Shown piece by piece: positions 49,643-60,858 of a stretch of 64,000 nt of DNA. Source of the stretch: an uncultured bacterium (GTDB lineage Bacteria > Zhuqueibacterota > QNDG01 > CAYUAG01); the NCBI GenBank assembly GCA_964442615.1, contig CAYUAG010000003.1, forward strand, positions 2,346-66,345, read 5' to 3'. Position 1 is the first letter of the stretch. The number at the start of each line of letters is the position of its first letter. The notes beneath the pieces were generated by a model. That model did not search any database. It worked only from the letters and a program-made list of their open reading frames with translations, and was not told where the DNA came from. The position numbers and the translations under genes are program-made.

Positions 49643-50743
49643 CTATCCTGTGTATTCAATAATTTTTTGAGCAATAAATTGTATTTCTTTTTCTCCCAGT
49701 TCAGGATACATGGGAAGAGATATAATATGTTTTGCTGTTTTCTCTGCAACTGGAAAGCTTCCTTTACCTTTACTAAATTTTGCATAAGCCGGTTGGAGAT
49801 GAAGCGGGATGGGGTAGTGTATGGCAGAAGCCACTCCTGCCTTTTTAAGATGTTCCTGCAAACCGTCTCTATTTTCAACTTGAATTGAGTATTGATGAAA
49901 AACATGATCATTATATTCCTTAATTACAGGAGTTTTAACATTTGCTTTCTTTAAAAGCTCAGTATACAGTGCAGCTCTGTCCTTTCTGGCTTCATTCCAC
50001 TCATCTATATATTTTAGTTTTACTTTGAGAATAGCAGCTTGTAAAGCATCAAGTCTGCTGTTTATTCCCAGCCGAGAATGATGGTATCTTTTATCCGAGC
50101 CATGGTCCATTATTATTCGGACCTTTTCAGCAATCTCTTTATTTGAGGTTAATACATGTCCTCCGTCACCAAAGGCACCTAAATTTTTTGCCGGAAAATA
50201 TGATAAGCAACCCATATCACCGAGACTGCAGGCACTTTTTGATTTATATTTTGCACCAACAGCCTGGCAGGCGTCTTCAATTACATAAATATTATGTTCT
50301 TTTGCGATTTTATTGATCCGGTCCATATCAGCTGTCTGTCCAAAAAGATGTACTGGTATAATGGCCTTGGTTTTATCAGTTATGGCATTTTCAATTTTAT
50401 GAATGTCAATTAAATAACTATCCTCTTCGATATCAACATATACCGGTTTTGCTCCCAGAAGAGCTATAACTTCCGCGGTAGCTACAAAAGTAAATGGAGT
50501 AGTTATTACTTCATCTCCAGGTTTAATATCAATCGCCATGAGACATAACTGCAGAGCATCGGTTCCGGATGCACAGCCAATTCCATACTTTGTTTCTGTA
50601 TATTCTGCCATCTCATTATTGAATGCTTCTACATTGGGCCCCATAATAAACCATCCGCTTTCAAGGACTTTATCAATTTCTTTGTTAATTTCTTTTTTAA
50701 TCGATTTATACTGTTTAACCAAATCTACCATCGGTATTTTCAT
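49643..50743 (-). CDS. DegT/DnrJ/EryC1/StrS-family PLP-dependent sugar aminotransferase
   Basis: DEVITTPFTFVATAEVIALLGAKPVYVD and a downstream SF.P.KNLGAFGDGG Lys-PLP region. 366 aa. Confidence 0.8.
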   Translation of the reverse strand: MKIPMVDLVKQYKSIKKEINKEIDKVLESGWFIMGPNVEAFNNEMAEYTETKYGIGCASGTDALQLCLMAIDIKPGDEVITTPFTFVATAEVIALLGAKPVYVDIEEDSYLIDIHKIENAITDKTKAIIPVHLFGQTADMDRINKIAKEHNIYVIEDACQAVGAKYKSKSACSLGDMGCLSYFPAKNLGAFGDGGHVLTSNKEIAEKVRIIMDHGSDKRYHHSRLGINSRLDALQAAILKVKLKYIDEWNEARKDRAALYTELLKKANVKTPVIKEYNDHVFHQYSIQVENRDGLQEHLKKAGVASAIHYPIPLHLQPAYAKFSKGKGSFPVAEKTAKHIISLPMYPELGEKEIQFIAQKIIEYTG

Positions 50744-50772
50744 ACTATATATATCTCCTTTTTTTATTATTT

Positions 50773-52209
50773 TTAATGTCCTTTTCCACTGAACATTATA
50801 TAGATTGTATGAAGGATAATTTTTATATCCATTCGCAATGACATATTCTCAATATAATACAGGTCGAATTGAAGTTTTTGTTTAACATTCTCAATAGTCT
50901 GATCATATACTCCTTTGATTTGAGCCCAACCGGTTATACCAGGTCTTACTCTCAATCTTCTGCTATAAAGAGGTATCTTATCTTTTAATTTTTTAACAAA
51001 ATTTGGTCTTTCAGGCCTTGGCCCCACCCAGGACATATCACCTTTAATGACATTGATGAGTTGAGGTATCTCATCAAGTCGGTATTTGCGCATGAATTTC
51101 CCAAAACAGGTTACTCTGGGATCATCAGGAGTAGCCCATATTGGGCCTGTCATCTTTTCTGCTCTTGATACCATAGAGCGAAATTTTATCATCATATACT
51201 CTTTATCATTTTTACCAACTCTTTTCTGCAGATAAAAAATGCTTCCTTTTGAATCGATTGGTATTATTATAGCAAATAAAATCCAGAGAGGCAAGAATCC
51301 TACCACTATGACTATTGATAAGACAATATCAATGATACGTTTCATAATTTGTTCCCACTGAGGCATAATTGTTGGGAGTACTTCAATAAGAGGAAAACCA
51401 TATATTTGATTAGTTTTTACCTGGCCAATAATTACATCATACAAATGCGGAACTATTTTTATTCCTACAGGGAAACCATTGCATTGTGCTATTATATTTT
51501 CAAGTTGTTTTACCGAAGGATTGGAAAGAGATATAATTACTTCCTGAATATTTTTTTCCTTAATTATTTTATTAAGCTTACTAAGATCGGATAAAACTGG
51601 AATATTTTTATAACTTTTCTTTTTTTCAATTTCTTTTTGGGAAATAAATCCTACAATATCATATCCTAATGCCGGTGCTCCTACAACCTTATCTGAAATT
51701 TTTCGTGCTTCCTTACTCCAGCCAATTATAATGGTTTTCTTTCGTCCGAAACCAGCCATTAATAATTTCCTGTGAATAGTGCGAAACAAAATACGGCCTG
51801 CACTAACAGTAAAAATTAGTAGACCCCAGTAGGAAACGATCATAAAACGGCTGTAAGGAGCTGGTTGGTTAAGGTCATGTTCAATATCAAAGGTGATAAA
51901 AAACAGGAGTATTACTCCTATGGTAATGGTCTTGGTAACTTCAATGAATTCATCGGTCCGGGATTGGGTGTATTTTATTCTGTACAGTCCGAAAAAACTG
52001 AAAAGAAGAAACCAGAAAATAAAAAGCAATATTGATATCAGACAAACCCCCCAGAACGTCCTTTCGGAAAAAAGACCGAAACTTAACCGTAATCGACACC
52101 AGAGAAAGAATGCGGTGTGAATCATGGCAAGGTCAATAATAAATAAATGGACTTTTTCTTTAATTTTATACATAGTAAATATATATTTATTATATTTGTA
52201 AAATTTCAC
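50773..52209 (-). CDS. Initiating polyprenyl-phosphate sugar-1-phosphate transferase (WbaP/WcaJ-type bacterial sugar transferase)
   Basis: About 5 N-terminal TMs, a central domain, and the C-terminal PF02397 block (GPRPERPNFV...LRVRPGITGWAQI). Confidence 0.8.
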   Translation of the reverse strand: MKFYKYNKYIFTMYKIKEKVHLFIIDLAMIHTAFFLWCRLRLSFGLFSERTFWGVCLISILLFIFWFLLFSFFGLYRIKYTQSRTDEFIEVTKTITIGVILLFFITFDIEHDLNQPAPYSRFMIVSYWGLLIFTVSAGRILFRTIHRKLLMAGFGRKKTIIIGWSKEARKISDKVVGAPALGYDIVGFISQKEIEKKKSYKNIPVLSDLSKLNKIIKEKNIQEVIISLSNPSVKQLENIIAQCNGFPVGIKIVPHLYDVIIGQVKTNQIYGFPLIEVLPTIMPQWEQIMKRIIDIVLSIVIVVGFLPLWILFAIIIPIDSKGSIFYLQKRVGKNDKEYMMIKFRSMVSRAEKMTGPIWATPDDPRVTCFGKFMRKYRLDEIPQLINVIKGDMSWVGPRPERPNFVKKLKDKIPLYSRRLRVRPGITGWAQIKGVYDQTIENVKQKLQFDLYYIENMSLRMDIKIILHTIYIMFSGKGH

Positions 52210-53332
52210 TATAAATCGAATCTATATTAAAAACCATTTTTTTTGCGGAGAACCTTTTTGAAACAAGAGAATGAGCATTATTGCCAATGTGCTCTGCAAA
52301 CTTCGGATTACTGAGTAATCTATTAATTGCCTTTGCAACTTCTATATGATCTTTGGGTTTGACAAGTAATCCTGTCTTTTCATGCTTTACAATTTCTGGC
52401 ACCCCTTCAACATTGGTTGCAACCACTGGTTTACTAGTATACATTGCCTCTGTAAGAGATCTACCTAATCCCTCCCAAAGGGATGTTAATACAAAAATGT
52501 CAATAATCTGAAGTATCTCTGGAATATCATCCCTAAATCCAAGGAAACGAACCTTTTCTTCAATTTTAAGTAATTTTGATAATTTTATCAACGATTTTTT
52601 TAATTCCCCATCTCCAACCAGCAGAAATAATACATTGGGATGTTTTAAAATCACATGAGGTGCTGCTTTTAATAAAAAATGTGGTGCTTTTTGTTTTGAT
52701 AATCTTCCAATTAAACCAATAACTTTGGTAGTTGCATCAATATTTAAAGTTTTTCTTTTTTCCTGCCTGTTTATTTTTTTTTCAAAGTTTTCAAATAAAA
52801 TACCACTATATACATTGGTAAATTTATGTTTTCTATCTATCTTTAATTGGACTGCCTTTTTTAAATTTAGCTTTGAAACTGTGATCAACTTTGTTGATAT
52901 TTTAGCAAGCAGTCTTTCTAAGATTATAAAAAAGTGTTTCTTTGCAAAATTCATGTAATCATGAAAGGGAAAACCATGAATAGTATGTATAATAATAGGA
53001 ACACCTGCCAATCGAGCAGCAATACGTCCGCTGAATCCTGCCTTACTGCTATGCGTATGAACTATGGAAAATTTATTTTTTTTAATATAAAAATATATTT
53101 TTATTAATGCTATTATATCATAAAAAAAATGTATTTTTCTAATGAGTTCATTTATAAAAAATATTTTTATTCCTGGTATCGAGGAAGCTCTTTGAATCCA
53201 TTTTCCGCTATTACCACAAAGTAATGTTACATCATATTTTTTTTTGTCCAACTTTTCAAGAGTCAGTAATGTATTATCCTGGGCGCCACCAATAGAAAGA
53301 TGAGTGATTATGTGTAGTAGTTTGATTCTCAT
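52190..53332 (-). CDS. Glycosyltransferase family 4 (GT-B)
   Basis: EGLGRSLTEAMYTSKPVVATNVEGVPEIV is the EX7E-type GT4 C-terminal motif. Confidence 0.75.
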   Translation of the reverse strand: MRIKLLHIITHLSIGGAQDNTLLTLEKLDKKKYDVTLLCGNSGKWIQRASSIPGIKIFFINELIRKIHFFYDIIALIKIYFYIKKNKFSIVHTHSSKAGFSGRIAARLAGVPIIIHTIHGFPFHDYMNFAKKHFFIILERLLAKISTKLITVSKLNLKKAVQLKIDRKHKFTNVYSGILFENFEKKINRQEKRKTLNIDATTKVIGLIGRLSKQKAPHFLLKAAPHVILKHPNVLFLLVGDGELKKSLIKLSKLLKIEEKVRFLGFRDDIPEILQIIDIFVLTSLWEGLGRSLTEAMYTSKPVVATNVEGVPEIVKHEKTGLLVKPKDHIEVAKAINRLLSNPKFAEHIGNNAHSLVSKRFSAKKMVFNIDSIYSEILQI

Positions 53333-54474
53333 TCATTTATTTCGTTTAAAAAAGCTGGATATTTTTTATTGATTTTTTCGATAATCAGTTCCGGATCAAT
53401 ATTGATGCATCTAGGTGACTCAAATGGGCAAAATGGTTCATGATTTTCATTGTAGCAAGGTTGATATGGACAGGTATTCTGTGTAATAATATTATTTAAA
53501 TAGTGTTCTGGTATCACAGTCTGTGGATCAACTGAACTGAACAGACCAATAAAGGGTATATCGAAGGCAATTGCCATATGAAGCAGACCGCTGTCCGGGC
53601 CGATGAGCAGATCAGATCGTCTAATACAATCTATTGCTTGTTTTATTGATGTTGAACCGCAGAAGTTATGAATACCTTCAGCACAATCGGCGAGTATTTT
53701 CCCCGCTGTTTTATCTGTACCTAAGAGCACAATTATAATATTCTCCTGTTTTGTCAGTCGTTTGATTAACATTTTGCTTTTCTCTAATGGATAGGTTTTC
53801 GAACACCACCTGCCGCCTACGATAAAACTGATAGTTTTCCCTCTATGATTACCTAATTGCTCATAAGCGGTATTAGTTCTCTTTGAATAATTTTCCCGAA
53901 AAAACTGATATTCAGGTCTGCCAGAGGATTTGCCGTCTAACTGCTTCAGCAGTCTTTCTGCTCGGTGAAAATGATTTTCACCGGGTATAATTGACAAAGA
54001 ATAATTAAATCCGATAAGAAAATTAGGTCTTAGTACAATATCAATCAAATAATTCTGGAGGCTTCTGGCCGAATTTATAATCAAGTCAAATTTATTTCTC
54101 AAGCTACGTAATCTGAATAAGCTTAAATTTTTAATATAATTAAATTCAGGGAAAAATTCAATCATTACTTCATGTGTACGGCCGGTTGTTAAAAGAGTTA
54201 TTTGCGTATCTTTAAAACTTACAGCAATATTTTTTAAAACAGGAGCAAAAATAATTGCGTCTCCAATTCCATGAAGCAGTGTAATTAGTATATGGGTGAC
54301 TTCATTATCCTTGAATTTAGGTTTACAACCTGGTAAAACTCGAATAATTAGGATAAGAATACGTTCAATTATTTTTTTTACGGTGATAAAAACATGTGAT
54401 TTGAATTCGAACACTATATGTTTATATTTGTAGGATTTTTTCATTGTTGATAACTTATGTTTGTTCATATACAA
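53329..54474 (-). CDS. Glycosyltransferase family 9 (heptosyltransferase-like) with a Cys-rich C-terminal tail
   Basis: GIGDAIIFAPVLKNI N-terminal block and GPDSGLLHMAIAFDIPFIGLFS C-terminal GT9 block. C-terminus CPYQPCYNENHEPFCPFESPRC. Confidence 0.65.
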   Translation of the reverse strand: MYMNKHKLSTMKKSYKYKHIVFEFKSHVFITVKKIIERILILIIRVLPGCKPKFKDNEVTHILITLLHGIGDAIIFAPVLKNIAVSFKDTQITLLTTGRTHEVMIEFFPEFNYIKNLSLFRLRSLRNKFDLIINSARSLQNYLIDIVLRPNFLIGFNYSLSIIPGENHFHRAERLLKQLDGKSSGRPEYQFFRENYSKRTNTAYEQLGNHRGKTISFIVGGRWCSKTYPLEKSKMLIKRLTKQENIIIVLLGTDKTAGKILADCAEGIHNFCGSTSIKQAIDCIRRSDLLIGPDSGLLHMAIAFDIPFIGLFSSVDPQTVIPEHYLNNIITQNTCPYQPCYNENHEPFCPFESPRCINIDPELIIEKINKKYPAFLNEINE

Positions 54475-54490
54475 CTACTGATTCTCCATC

Positions 54491-55858
54491 CTAAATTTGT
54501 GCCATTGAAATTTTACTTTTCAGGGTTAGCGTTATATCAAAACACACTGGAATGACAATCATTAAAAAGGATGTATGATAAATTTGAAGTTGGTTAAAAT
54601 ATATATCAAAAAAGGACAGAGCAATAAAACTTAAATAAAACGCATATGTCATTTGAAAACCGATATAGGGTTTAATTTTAAAGGCAAGTGCCTTTAAAAT
54701 ATATGACACAATACCGATTATAAACATATAGATATACGTATACAGAGAGCCAATATACATAAATAACATCCCAAAAAATGTAAATACATTTGAGGAATGA
54801 AAATATTGATAATTTTTTGAGATGGATACCCAGCGATGAACAATAACATCCACTAATTCTGGATTACCAGTGATTGTATTATATATATTAATCGGTATTG
54901 CGAATATTTCTTTTGAACTGTACAAGGGATATATAGCATCATTAATTACTTCGCTAAAACCCAGTACTCCACCAAAAAGGTAAGTAAAAAATTGGTACAT
55001 AAGGTAAAGTTGTACTTTTGAACTATAAGCACTGGACATACCAATGCGCGAATAACCAATGACATAGGAGACATTGAACAACACCAAGATCAAAACACAG
55101 AACAGTAATGTTTTTTTGAAATTAACTTTGATTACATTTAATAGATTGGCAAAAATAATACCGCTAAGCAATATTGTGATAATATGTGCTTTTATCTGAA
55201 GGACCAGTACTGAAATGAACATGCCAACCAACAGGAAAAGGATGTATTTTTTCTTTGAAAAAAAGTAATAGGCAAATAAAAATGTGAAGGCTGGTCGATT
55301 AAGTTGCCCAACATGGGATAGCAGCCCCTTTCCATATGCATCTTCAAATTCTATTGATGCAATGTAGAACCAGCCACCAACTTCCTTTAGTGCATTTCTA
55401 AAGTGGATAATGCTTGCCACTATGGAAATTATAGCGAGCCAGACAAACAGTGTTTTATAACGGTTAAATAAATAGGTTAATTCTTTCTCATTAAAGGAAC
55501 GGATTTTTACATCAACTTGATTCTGTTTATACAAAAACTGTGAGTACCAACCCCCAAACTTAAAAAAACTGACACATAATATTACAAACATGACACTTTT
55601 CAAATTAACACTGAAAAATTCATAATATACACCGATTGTATTGATCAGAACAACAACTATCGTGTAAGGTACTATTATAAAAATGAAGGGGGTCATAATC
55701 GATTTATGGTTCTTGATATCATAATATCCAACCACGATGCAATATACTAAAACGGCTAATATGCTTAAAGCATTTTCCATATTAATTCTACCATTGAATT
55801 CATTTGAAAAAATTGATTGATTCGAAGAATAATTTTTTACTAACTTTGTTTTTCTCAT
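54491..55858 (-). CDS. Wzy-like O-antigen/polysaccharide polymerase (polytopic membrane protein)
   Basis: About 10-12 TM helices with a large loop near the C-terminal third. Position inside a Wzx/Wzy locus. The start is uncertain: an internal Met at 55780 would reduce the overlap with the upstream GT2. Confidence 0.45.
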   Translation of the reverse strand: MRKTKLVKNYSSNQSIFSNEFNGRINMENALSILAVLVYCIVVGYYDIKNHKSIMTPFIFIIVPYTIVVVLINTIGVYYEFFSVNLKSVMFVILCVSFFKFGGWYSQFLYKQNQVDVKIRSFNEKELTYLFNRYKTLFVWLAIISIVASIIHFRNALKEVGGWFYIASIEFEDAYGKGLLSHVGQLNRPAFTFLFAYYFFSKKKYILFLLVGMFISVLVLQIKAHIITILLSGIIFANLLNVIKVNFKKTLLFCVLILVLFNVSYVIGYSRIGMSSAYSSKVQLYLMYQFFTYLFGGVLGFSEVINDAIYPLYSSKEIFAIPINIYNTITGNPELVDVIVHRWVSISKNYQYFHSSNVFTFFGMLFMYIGSLYTYIYMFIIGIVSYILKALAFKIKPYIGFQMTYAFYLSFIALSFFDIYFNQLQIYHTSFLMIVIPVCFDITLTLKSKISMAQI

Positions 55859-56816
55859 TCGAATATTGGAGCAGCAGATGGTAAAGTTGAAGAATTTTTT
55901 GCAAAGAGTATTTCCGATTTATTAAAAGTTTTGGAATTATATAAATGAAATTTAAAGTTCTCCATAATTTCCAATAAATCATTGATCCACAAAATGACTT
56001 TTTATCAATAAATCGGTTTAAATATCCAATAAACATATATGGTAACCGATCATCTGGTTTGAATACTTTTTTATTTGCAATACAAACCTTATGAAAAATT
56101 TTAGAATCAGCCACAGCAGCCATTTTCACATTGTTTTTTTTCATCATCTGACTGAAATAATAATCTTCCTCTCCAAAAAAAAATTTTTCGGTTAAAAGCC
56201 CGAATTGTTTAAAAATATCAATATCAGCATAGAGTGCACATCCGGAAACGAATGTTACTTGTTTATATTTTTGATGAATTTTACTTTCATGCTTATTACT
56301 ATAATAAAAAAAACGTCTGCCTGTAAAGGTTAATCTGCCTCCAAAACACCAGACTATTTCACGCCGGTCATAATAATTTATTAAAGGTGTAAGCACAGAG
56401 TATTGCGGATTATTTTTGTTAAAGTCAACCAGAACTTGAAGAGTATCCGGTTTAATTATTGTATCGTTATTCAAAAGAAATATTTTTCTAAAACCAGCTT
56501 TAATGGCATATCGGATCCCAATATTACATCCTTTAGCAAATCCTACATTCTCTTTACTCTTTATCAATATTATCCTGCGTACATCTTTTTTAAAAATTAA
56601 TCTCTCTTCAATATCTGAGGTGTCAAATAGCTGAAATGTTAAACGATTTTGTACCCATGATATTATTTTTTTTAAAGAATTATCTTTCGAGCCGTTGTCT
56701 ATAATTACAGCTGAAAATTGCTGCCAGGTTCCCTTAAAAAGGGATTCAAGACATTCAATAGTATCTTGCCATCCATTCCAATTTAATATTATTATTGCTA
56801 AATTATTTTGTTTCAT
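55800..56816 (-). CDS. Glycosyltransferase family 2
   Basis: IIILNWNGWQDTIECLESL...VIIDNGSKDNS is the classic GT2 N-terminus with the DxD region. Confidence 0.8.
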   Translation of the reverse strand: MKQNNLAIIILNWNGWQDTIECLESLFKGTWQQFSAVIIDNGSKDNSLKKIISWVQNRLTFQLFDTSDIEERLIFKKDVRRIILIKSKENVGFAKGCNIGIRYAIKAGFRKIFLLNNDTIIKPDTLQVLVDFNKNNPQYSVLTPLINYYDRREIVWCFGGRLTFTGRRFFYYSNKHESKIHQKYKQVTFVSGCALYADIDIFKQFGLLTEKFFFGEEDYYFSQMMKKNNVKMAAVADSKIFHKVCIANKKVFKPDDRLPYMFIGYLNRFIDKKSFCGSMIYWKLWRTLNFIYIIPKLLINRKYSLQKILQLYHLLLQYSNEKNKVSKKLFFESINFFK

Positions 56817-58338
56817 AGGGAATCCGTCTTTTAAATATTGACAGAATCAAAGTACGATCCGATTCGCTTAAAATTATAAAATAGGCAGCTAAACATATTG
56901 ATGCAGATAATACAATCGATACTAATATTCGGGCAAGTAAAATATCAATAAATATTTGAATAGCTGAAAGCAATAGAGCAAAAATAATCAGAAGAACAAT
57001 TATACTTCTAAATAAACTCGATAGATAATTTTTCAATAAGCCCGGAAGTGACCGGAATGTAAGACTGAACAGGAGAATTGCATCCACCATAACCCGCAGA
57101 CACCAAGCATAAGCTGCACCGGTGATGCCAAATTTGTGTAACAGAAATAGGAGGATAAGTATATACAAGGGAAATTCAGCTAGATGGCATTTTGCAGGTA
57201 AATCGGGCCTGCTGGAACCTTGGAGATATGTAAATGGTACCAATGCCATAAAATTTAATAAAATGCCAATGGAGAATAATTTGACAATAGTCGTACTTTT
57301 CAAAGCAAATTCAATTCCAAGCCATAAGGTTAAAATATCTTTAGCAGAGAAAAATAAAATTATTGTTAATATCCCTGAAAAAAGAAGAATCATATTTAAT
57401 GATTTCTTAAGTAATTTTAAAATGTATTCCTGAGGTATTTCCTTTGTTGTTTTACTGAATTCAGGGAATAAAGTATTCATGAATGCTGTTGGTATGATTC
57501 TAAGTCGGGTGATTGCTTCTTGTGGTGCTGCATAAAAAGTTAGCATTCCGATGGGTAGAGTTGAGCCTATAAAAAAACGGTCTGCATAAACTAGAATGGG
57601 GCTGATCACACTGGTTATAGTCACCCAACCACCAAAAGTCAGCATTTTTTTATACATCTGACTGTGCAATAAATTCGGAATAGTCCAAATACATGGATAA
57701 ATCCGACCACATAAATAAAAATAAATACAACAAGCTATTATACGGAGTATCAATATTAATAAAACTACAGTTGAAAGACTAAATTCCAGATAGAAGGACA
57801 TTGCTGGAATAATAAAATTGATAGTATTCAATGGAATCTGTATTGCATTTACAAGGTCAAATCGTTGAGCAGCAGCCAGCATTCCCCTAAAACTGATTGA
57901 TATTAATAGAATTGGCAAGGCAAAGGATATGTACTGTATTGTTTTTATGGTTTCATCCTGTAAAAGAACTGGAATGTTTAACAGGGGAGTTGATAAAACC
58001 GGAGCTAAAAAGTAAAGAGTTGTTCCTCCCAGAAGACCAAATCCCAAGCCCAACAGAGCTGCTGTCCACATTATTTCGGATATCTTTTTATATTTTTTTA
58101 GATGTATATACTCTGCTGTAAATTTAATGGTAGCACGAGAAAGTCCCAGATCAAGAAGTATCATATAACTCATTATAACCCAGACAATGGAAAGAATACC
58201 GAATCCCTCTTTCCCTAATCCTTTAATTGCAAAAGGGACGGCAGCGACTCCAACTGACAGAGGAACAACCATCCCCATTAAATTAATAAAAGAATTTTTT
58301 ACCAGAATATTGCCAAGTGTAAATCGACTATTTATCAT
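56803..58338 (-). CDS. Wzx-type polysaccharide flippase (MOP superfamily)
   Basis: 511 aa, about 12-14 TM helices, in a polysaccharide biosynthesis locus. Overlaps both neighbours. Confidence 0.65.
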   Translation of the reverse strand: MINSRFTLGNILVKNSFINLMGMVVPLSVGVAAVPFAIKGLGKEGFGILSIVWVIMSYMILLDLGLSRATIKFTAEYIHLKKYKKISEIMWTAALLGLGFGLLGGTTLYFLAPVLSTPLLNIPVLLQDETIKTIQYISFALPILLISISFRGMLAAAQRFDLVNAIQIPLNTINFIIPAMSFYLEFSLSTVVLLILILRIIACCIYFYLCGRIYPCIWTIPNLLHSQMYKKMLTFGGWVTITSVISPILVYADRFFIGSTLPIGMLTFYAAPQEAITRLRIIPTAFMNTLFPEFSKTTKEIPQEYILKLLKKSLNMILLFSGILTIILFFSAKDILTLWLGIEFALKSTTIVKLFSIGILLNFMALVPFTYLQGSSRPDLPAKCHLAEFPLYILILLFLLHKFGITGAAYAWCLRVMVDAILLFSLTFRSLPGLLKNYLSSLFRSIIVLLIIFALLLSAIQIFIDILLARILVSIVLSASICLAAYFIILSESDRTLILSIFKRRIPYETK

Positions 58339-59503
58339 CAGTACTTACTTGCAGCTTTTTATAGAGTGATTGGAGAAATGGTTTAGTATAAAAATAATTG
58401 CTACTAATCAACCAGCTTAAAAAAGTAAAGAAAATGACAATCATAGCCCGTTTCGGCCGATGTTTCCTGATAGGTTTCACAGCTTTATCTAAAATTTGCA
58501 ATGAGGGTGTATTCTTCATTTCCTCAATTTTTGCTTGTTCAAGCTGAGGCAGGATAAATTCCAACAGTTTCTCCTGCAGTTTGACCTCCCTATATAGTTG
58601 CAGATATCTCATGCCTAGTTCCGGTATATTTTCAAAAGGAATAAAAATACCGTTTTTGTCGCCATGAGATGTTTTAAACTGTTCATATTTACGATTTAAT
58701 ATTTCATATGCTAATTTTGCTTTTTTGTATTCTGCGTGTCCTGGTCCGACAGATTGGCGTAGGAGCGTCATTTCAATCTCTTTAGCAATCACCTGGGCCT
58801 TTATTTCCGCACCAGTCTCTATAGTTGCTGTGGTTTGTTCCGGTAGATAAATAAGCCCATGCGTCTCATGAAAATCTTTAAGCGCTTTTTCAGCAGATTT
58901 AAGTTCATCAATGGCTTGCAAGTATCTTTTCTCAATAAAAATTCTCGAATTACGTCCACGCTCACTGCGCATTCTCCTGTTGATTTGATCCAGCTGTTCA
59001 ATGAAAAAGTTGGCCATATTCCGGGCTATAATCCGGGCTTCTTCTTTGCTTTCAGCTGATGGAAACCAGCAAGTTCCTGCTTCAGCAAAGAGTGTTATGG
59101 TTCCTTCATCATCCAAATTAATACCAATATGATTACGCAGTTTTTTCAGCGTCAACTCAATATTCTTTTTCTTATACCGCTGCATCAAATCAAAACTGTC
59201 AGCTGCTGCAGTCATTAATGTACGACTTTTAAGAATTGCCATAAAGGTTTCTGCTCCGGTTGTTGGACTGGAACCGAGTCCTAACGCTTTTAGTGGTAAA
59301 TCACTCACCAATGATGCTATATTTGAAAATCCCTCATCTTCCAGAGGAGGCATAATTGTTGATACACCTCTATAATAAAGGGGGACTATCAGGCTGAATC
59401 CTACAGAAAGAATAAATGTAATCAAAGTAATAATGATTATTGTTTTGCGATTCTTATAAATAACCTTTAAAAATTCAAGTCCATAAATATTTTCTGTATT
59501 CAT
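58328..59503 (-). CDS. Polysaccharide co-polymerase (Wzz/GumC-like chain-length determinant, no kinase domain)
   Basis: N-terminal Wzz block (LEFLKVIYKNRKTIIIITLITFILSVGFSLIV), a long coiled-coil periplasmic region, and a C-terminal TM. Confidence 0.6.
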   Translation of the reverse strand: MNTENIYGLEFLKVIYKNRKTIIIITLITFILSVGFSLIVPLYYRGVSTIMPPLEDEGFSNIASLVSDLPLKALGLGSSPTTGAETFMAILKSRTLMTAAADSFDLMQRYKKKNIELTLKKLRNHIGINLDDEGTITLFAEAGTCWFPSAESKEEARIIARNMANFFIEQLDQINRRMRSERGRNSRIFIEKRYLQAIDELKSAEKALKDFHETHGLIYLPEQTTATIETGAEIKAQVIAKEIEMTLLRQSVGPGHAEYKKAKLAYEILNRKYEQFKTSHGDKNGIFIPFENIPELGMRYLQLYREVKLQEKLLEFILPQLEQAKIEEMKNTPSLQILDKAVKPIRKHRPKRAMIVIFFTFLSWLISSNYFYTKPFLQSLYKKLQVSTDDK

Positions 59504-59535
59504 AGGTTTGCTGACCCTAATTTAATAATTTAATT

Positions 59536-60837
59536 CTAATCAAACATCCCTGCTGCCTTGGCAGCCAGAATGAGGGATGTTATTGTGGGTATGATTCTCA
59601 CCCAGTTCTGCAGCCTCAGATTAAATGTTTCCCCTAGATTAACCACATCTCCTGCTTCTACGATAATGTCAGGTCCTTTTTCTGTTTTTCCAGTGCGTAC
59701 ATGATAAACTGACACTCCTTTAATATTACCAGCACGGTAATCACCACCTGCCATACCTGCATATTCCTTAGCTGTCAGGTTGAAGACATAGGGATAAGCA
59801 CCGGGATTTCTAACTGCTCCTTTAACATAAACATAGTGAGAAGGCAGGATTACATGATCTCCGCTTTTAAGAGTAAAATCAAAACTTAATGAATCCGGAT
59901 TAATAAAGGGACTGACATACTCTGTTCCCTTTTTGCTGTTTCTCTCTACCACAATCTTGGACAGATCAGTATTTCTTTTTAAAGCCCTTATACGGGTGAT
60001 AAAATCTAACAGTTTTTCATTAGATGCTATTTGATATACCCCTGCATATTCCTGATCTTTTTCGATATAGACATACTGTTTGGTTAGATCCACAGATGGT
60101 ACATGAATAACATCTCCTCCCTGTACATAAATATCTTTACTAATATTACCTTCCATCTCGAACTTGGAAAGATTAAATAAGTCCTTTGTACCATCTGTAT
60201 GTCTAATTTCAATAGCTCCTTTCCAGGCTCTCTCGGTAACCCCCCCTGCTTCCACTATCATTTCTGAGACTCTGTCCACTGCCTGGGCGATAAAGGTTCC
60301 GGGAAATTTTACCTCACCAGCTACATGTACCCTAAAATATCGTAAAGCAGCCAGGGAAAGACTAACCTGACAGTTTTCATAAGACTCTAAAGATTTATCT
60401 ATTACGATTTCCTGGACTTGTTTGAGGGTTTTATCCGAGGTCTCAATTTCACCGACAGAAGGAATCAAAAGTTTTCCTTCGGGAAGAACCGGCAGATAGA
60501 TTTGATTTTCAAGAGCTCCCCAAATATTAAAAGAAAAGATATCACCCGGACCCACATAATATTCCTCAGGATGAACAGCTTTTTCCAATGCTTCCGGCTC
60601 TGTCAATTTTTCAAAGAGTTCACGGTCACGCTGTTCCTTCCAGGTATCAAACTCCTCCCGGGTCATCTCCATTTTTTGCAGTTGGAATATTTTGGAAAAA
60701 TCTATGCGGGTGGGAAGAGTGCTTTGTTCTTCTTGTTTCTCTTTTTTCTTATCAGGTATTTGGGGGAAACTATTTCCTGTTAATAGAAAAAATATAAGAA
60801 ACAACTGTATTAAATATGAATAAAATTTCATTAGCAC
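59536..60837 (-). CDS. Wza-like outer-membrane polysaccharide export protein (Poly_export + SLBB domains)
   Basis: Signal peptide. YYVGPGDIFSFNIWG...LLIPSVGEI matches the Poly_export motif. A later repeat GGDVIHVPS matches an SLBB motif. Confidence 0.7.
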   Translation of the reverse strand: MLMKFYSYLIQLFLIFFLLTGNSFPQIPDKKKEKQEEQSTLPTRIDFSKIFQLQKMEMTREEFDTWKEQRDRELFEKLTEPEALEKAVHPEEYYVGPGDIFSFNIWGALENQIYLPVLPEGKLLIPSVGEIETSDKTLKQVQEIVIDKSLESYENCQVSLSLAALRYFRVHVAGEVKFPGTFIAQAVDRVSEMIVEAGGVTERAWKGAIEIRHTDGTKDLFNLSKFEMEGNISKDIYVQGGDVIHVPSVDLTKQYVYIEKDQEYAGVYQIASNEKLLDFITRIRALKRNTDLSKIVVERNSKKGTEYVSPFINPDSLSFDFTLKSGDHVILPSHYVYVKGAVRNPGAYPYVFNLTAKEYAGMAGGDYRAGNIKGVSVYHVRTGKTEKGPDIIVEAGDVVNLGETFNLRLQNWVRIIPTITSLILAAKAAGMFD

Positions 60838-60858
60838 AATACCCTTTTACATTAATTT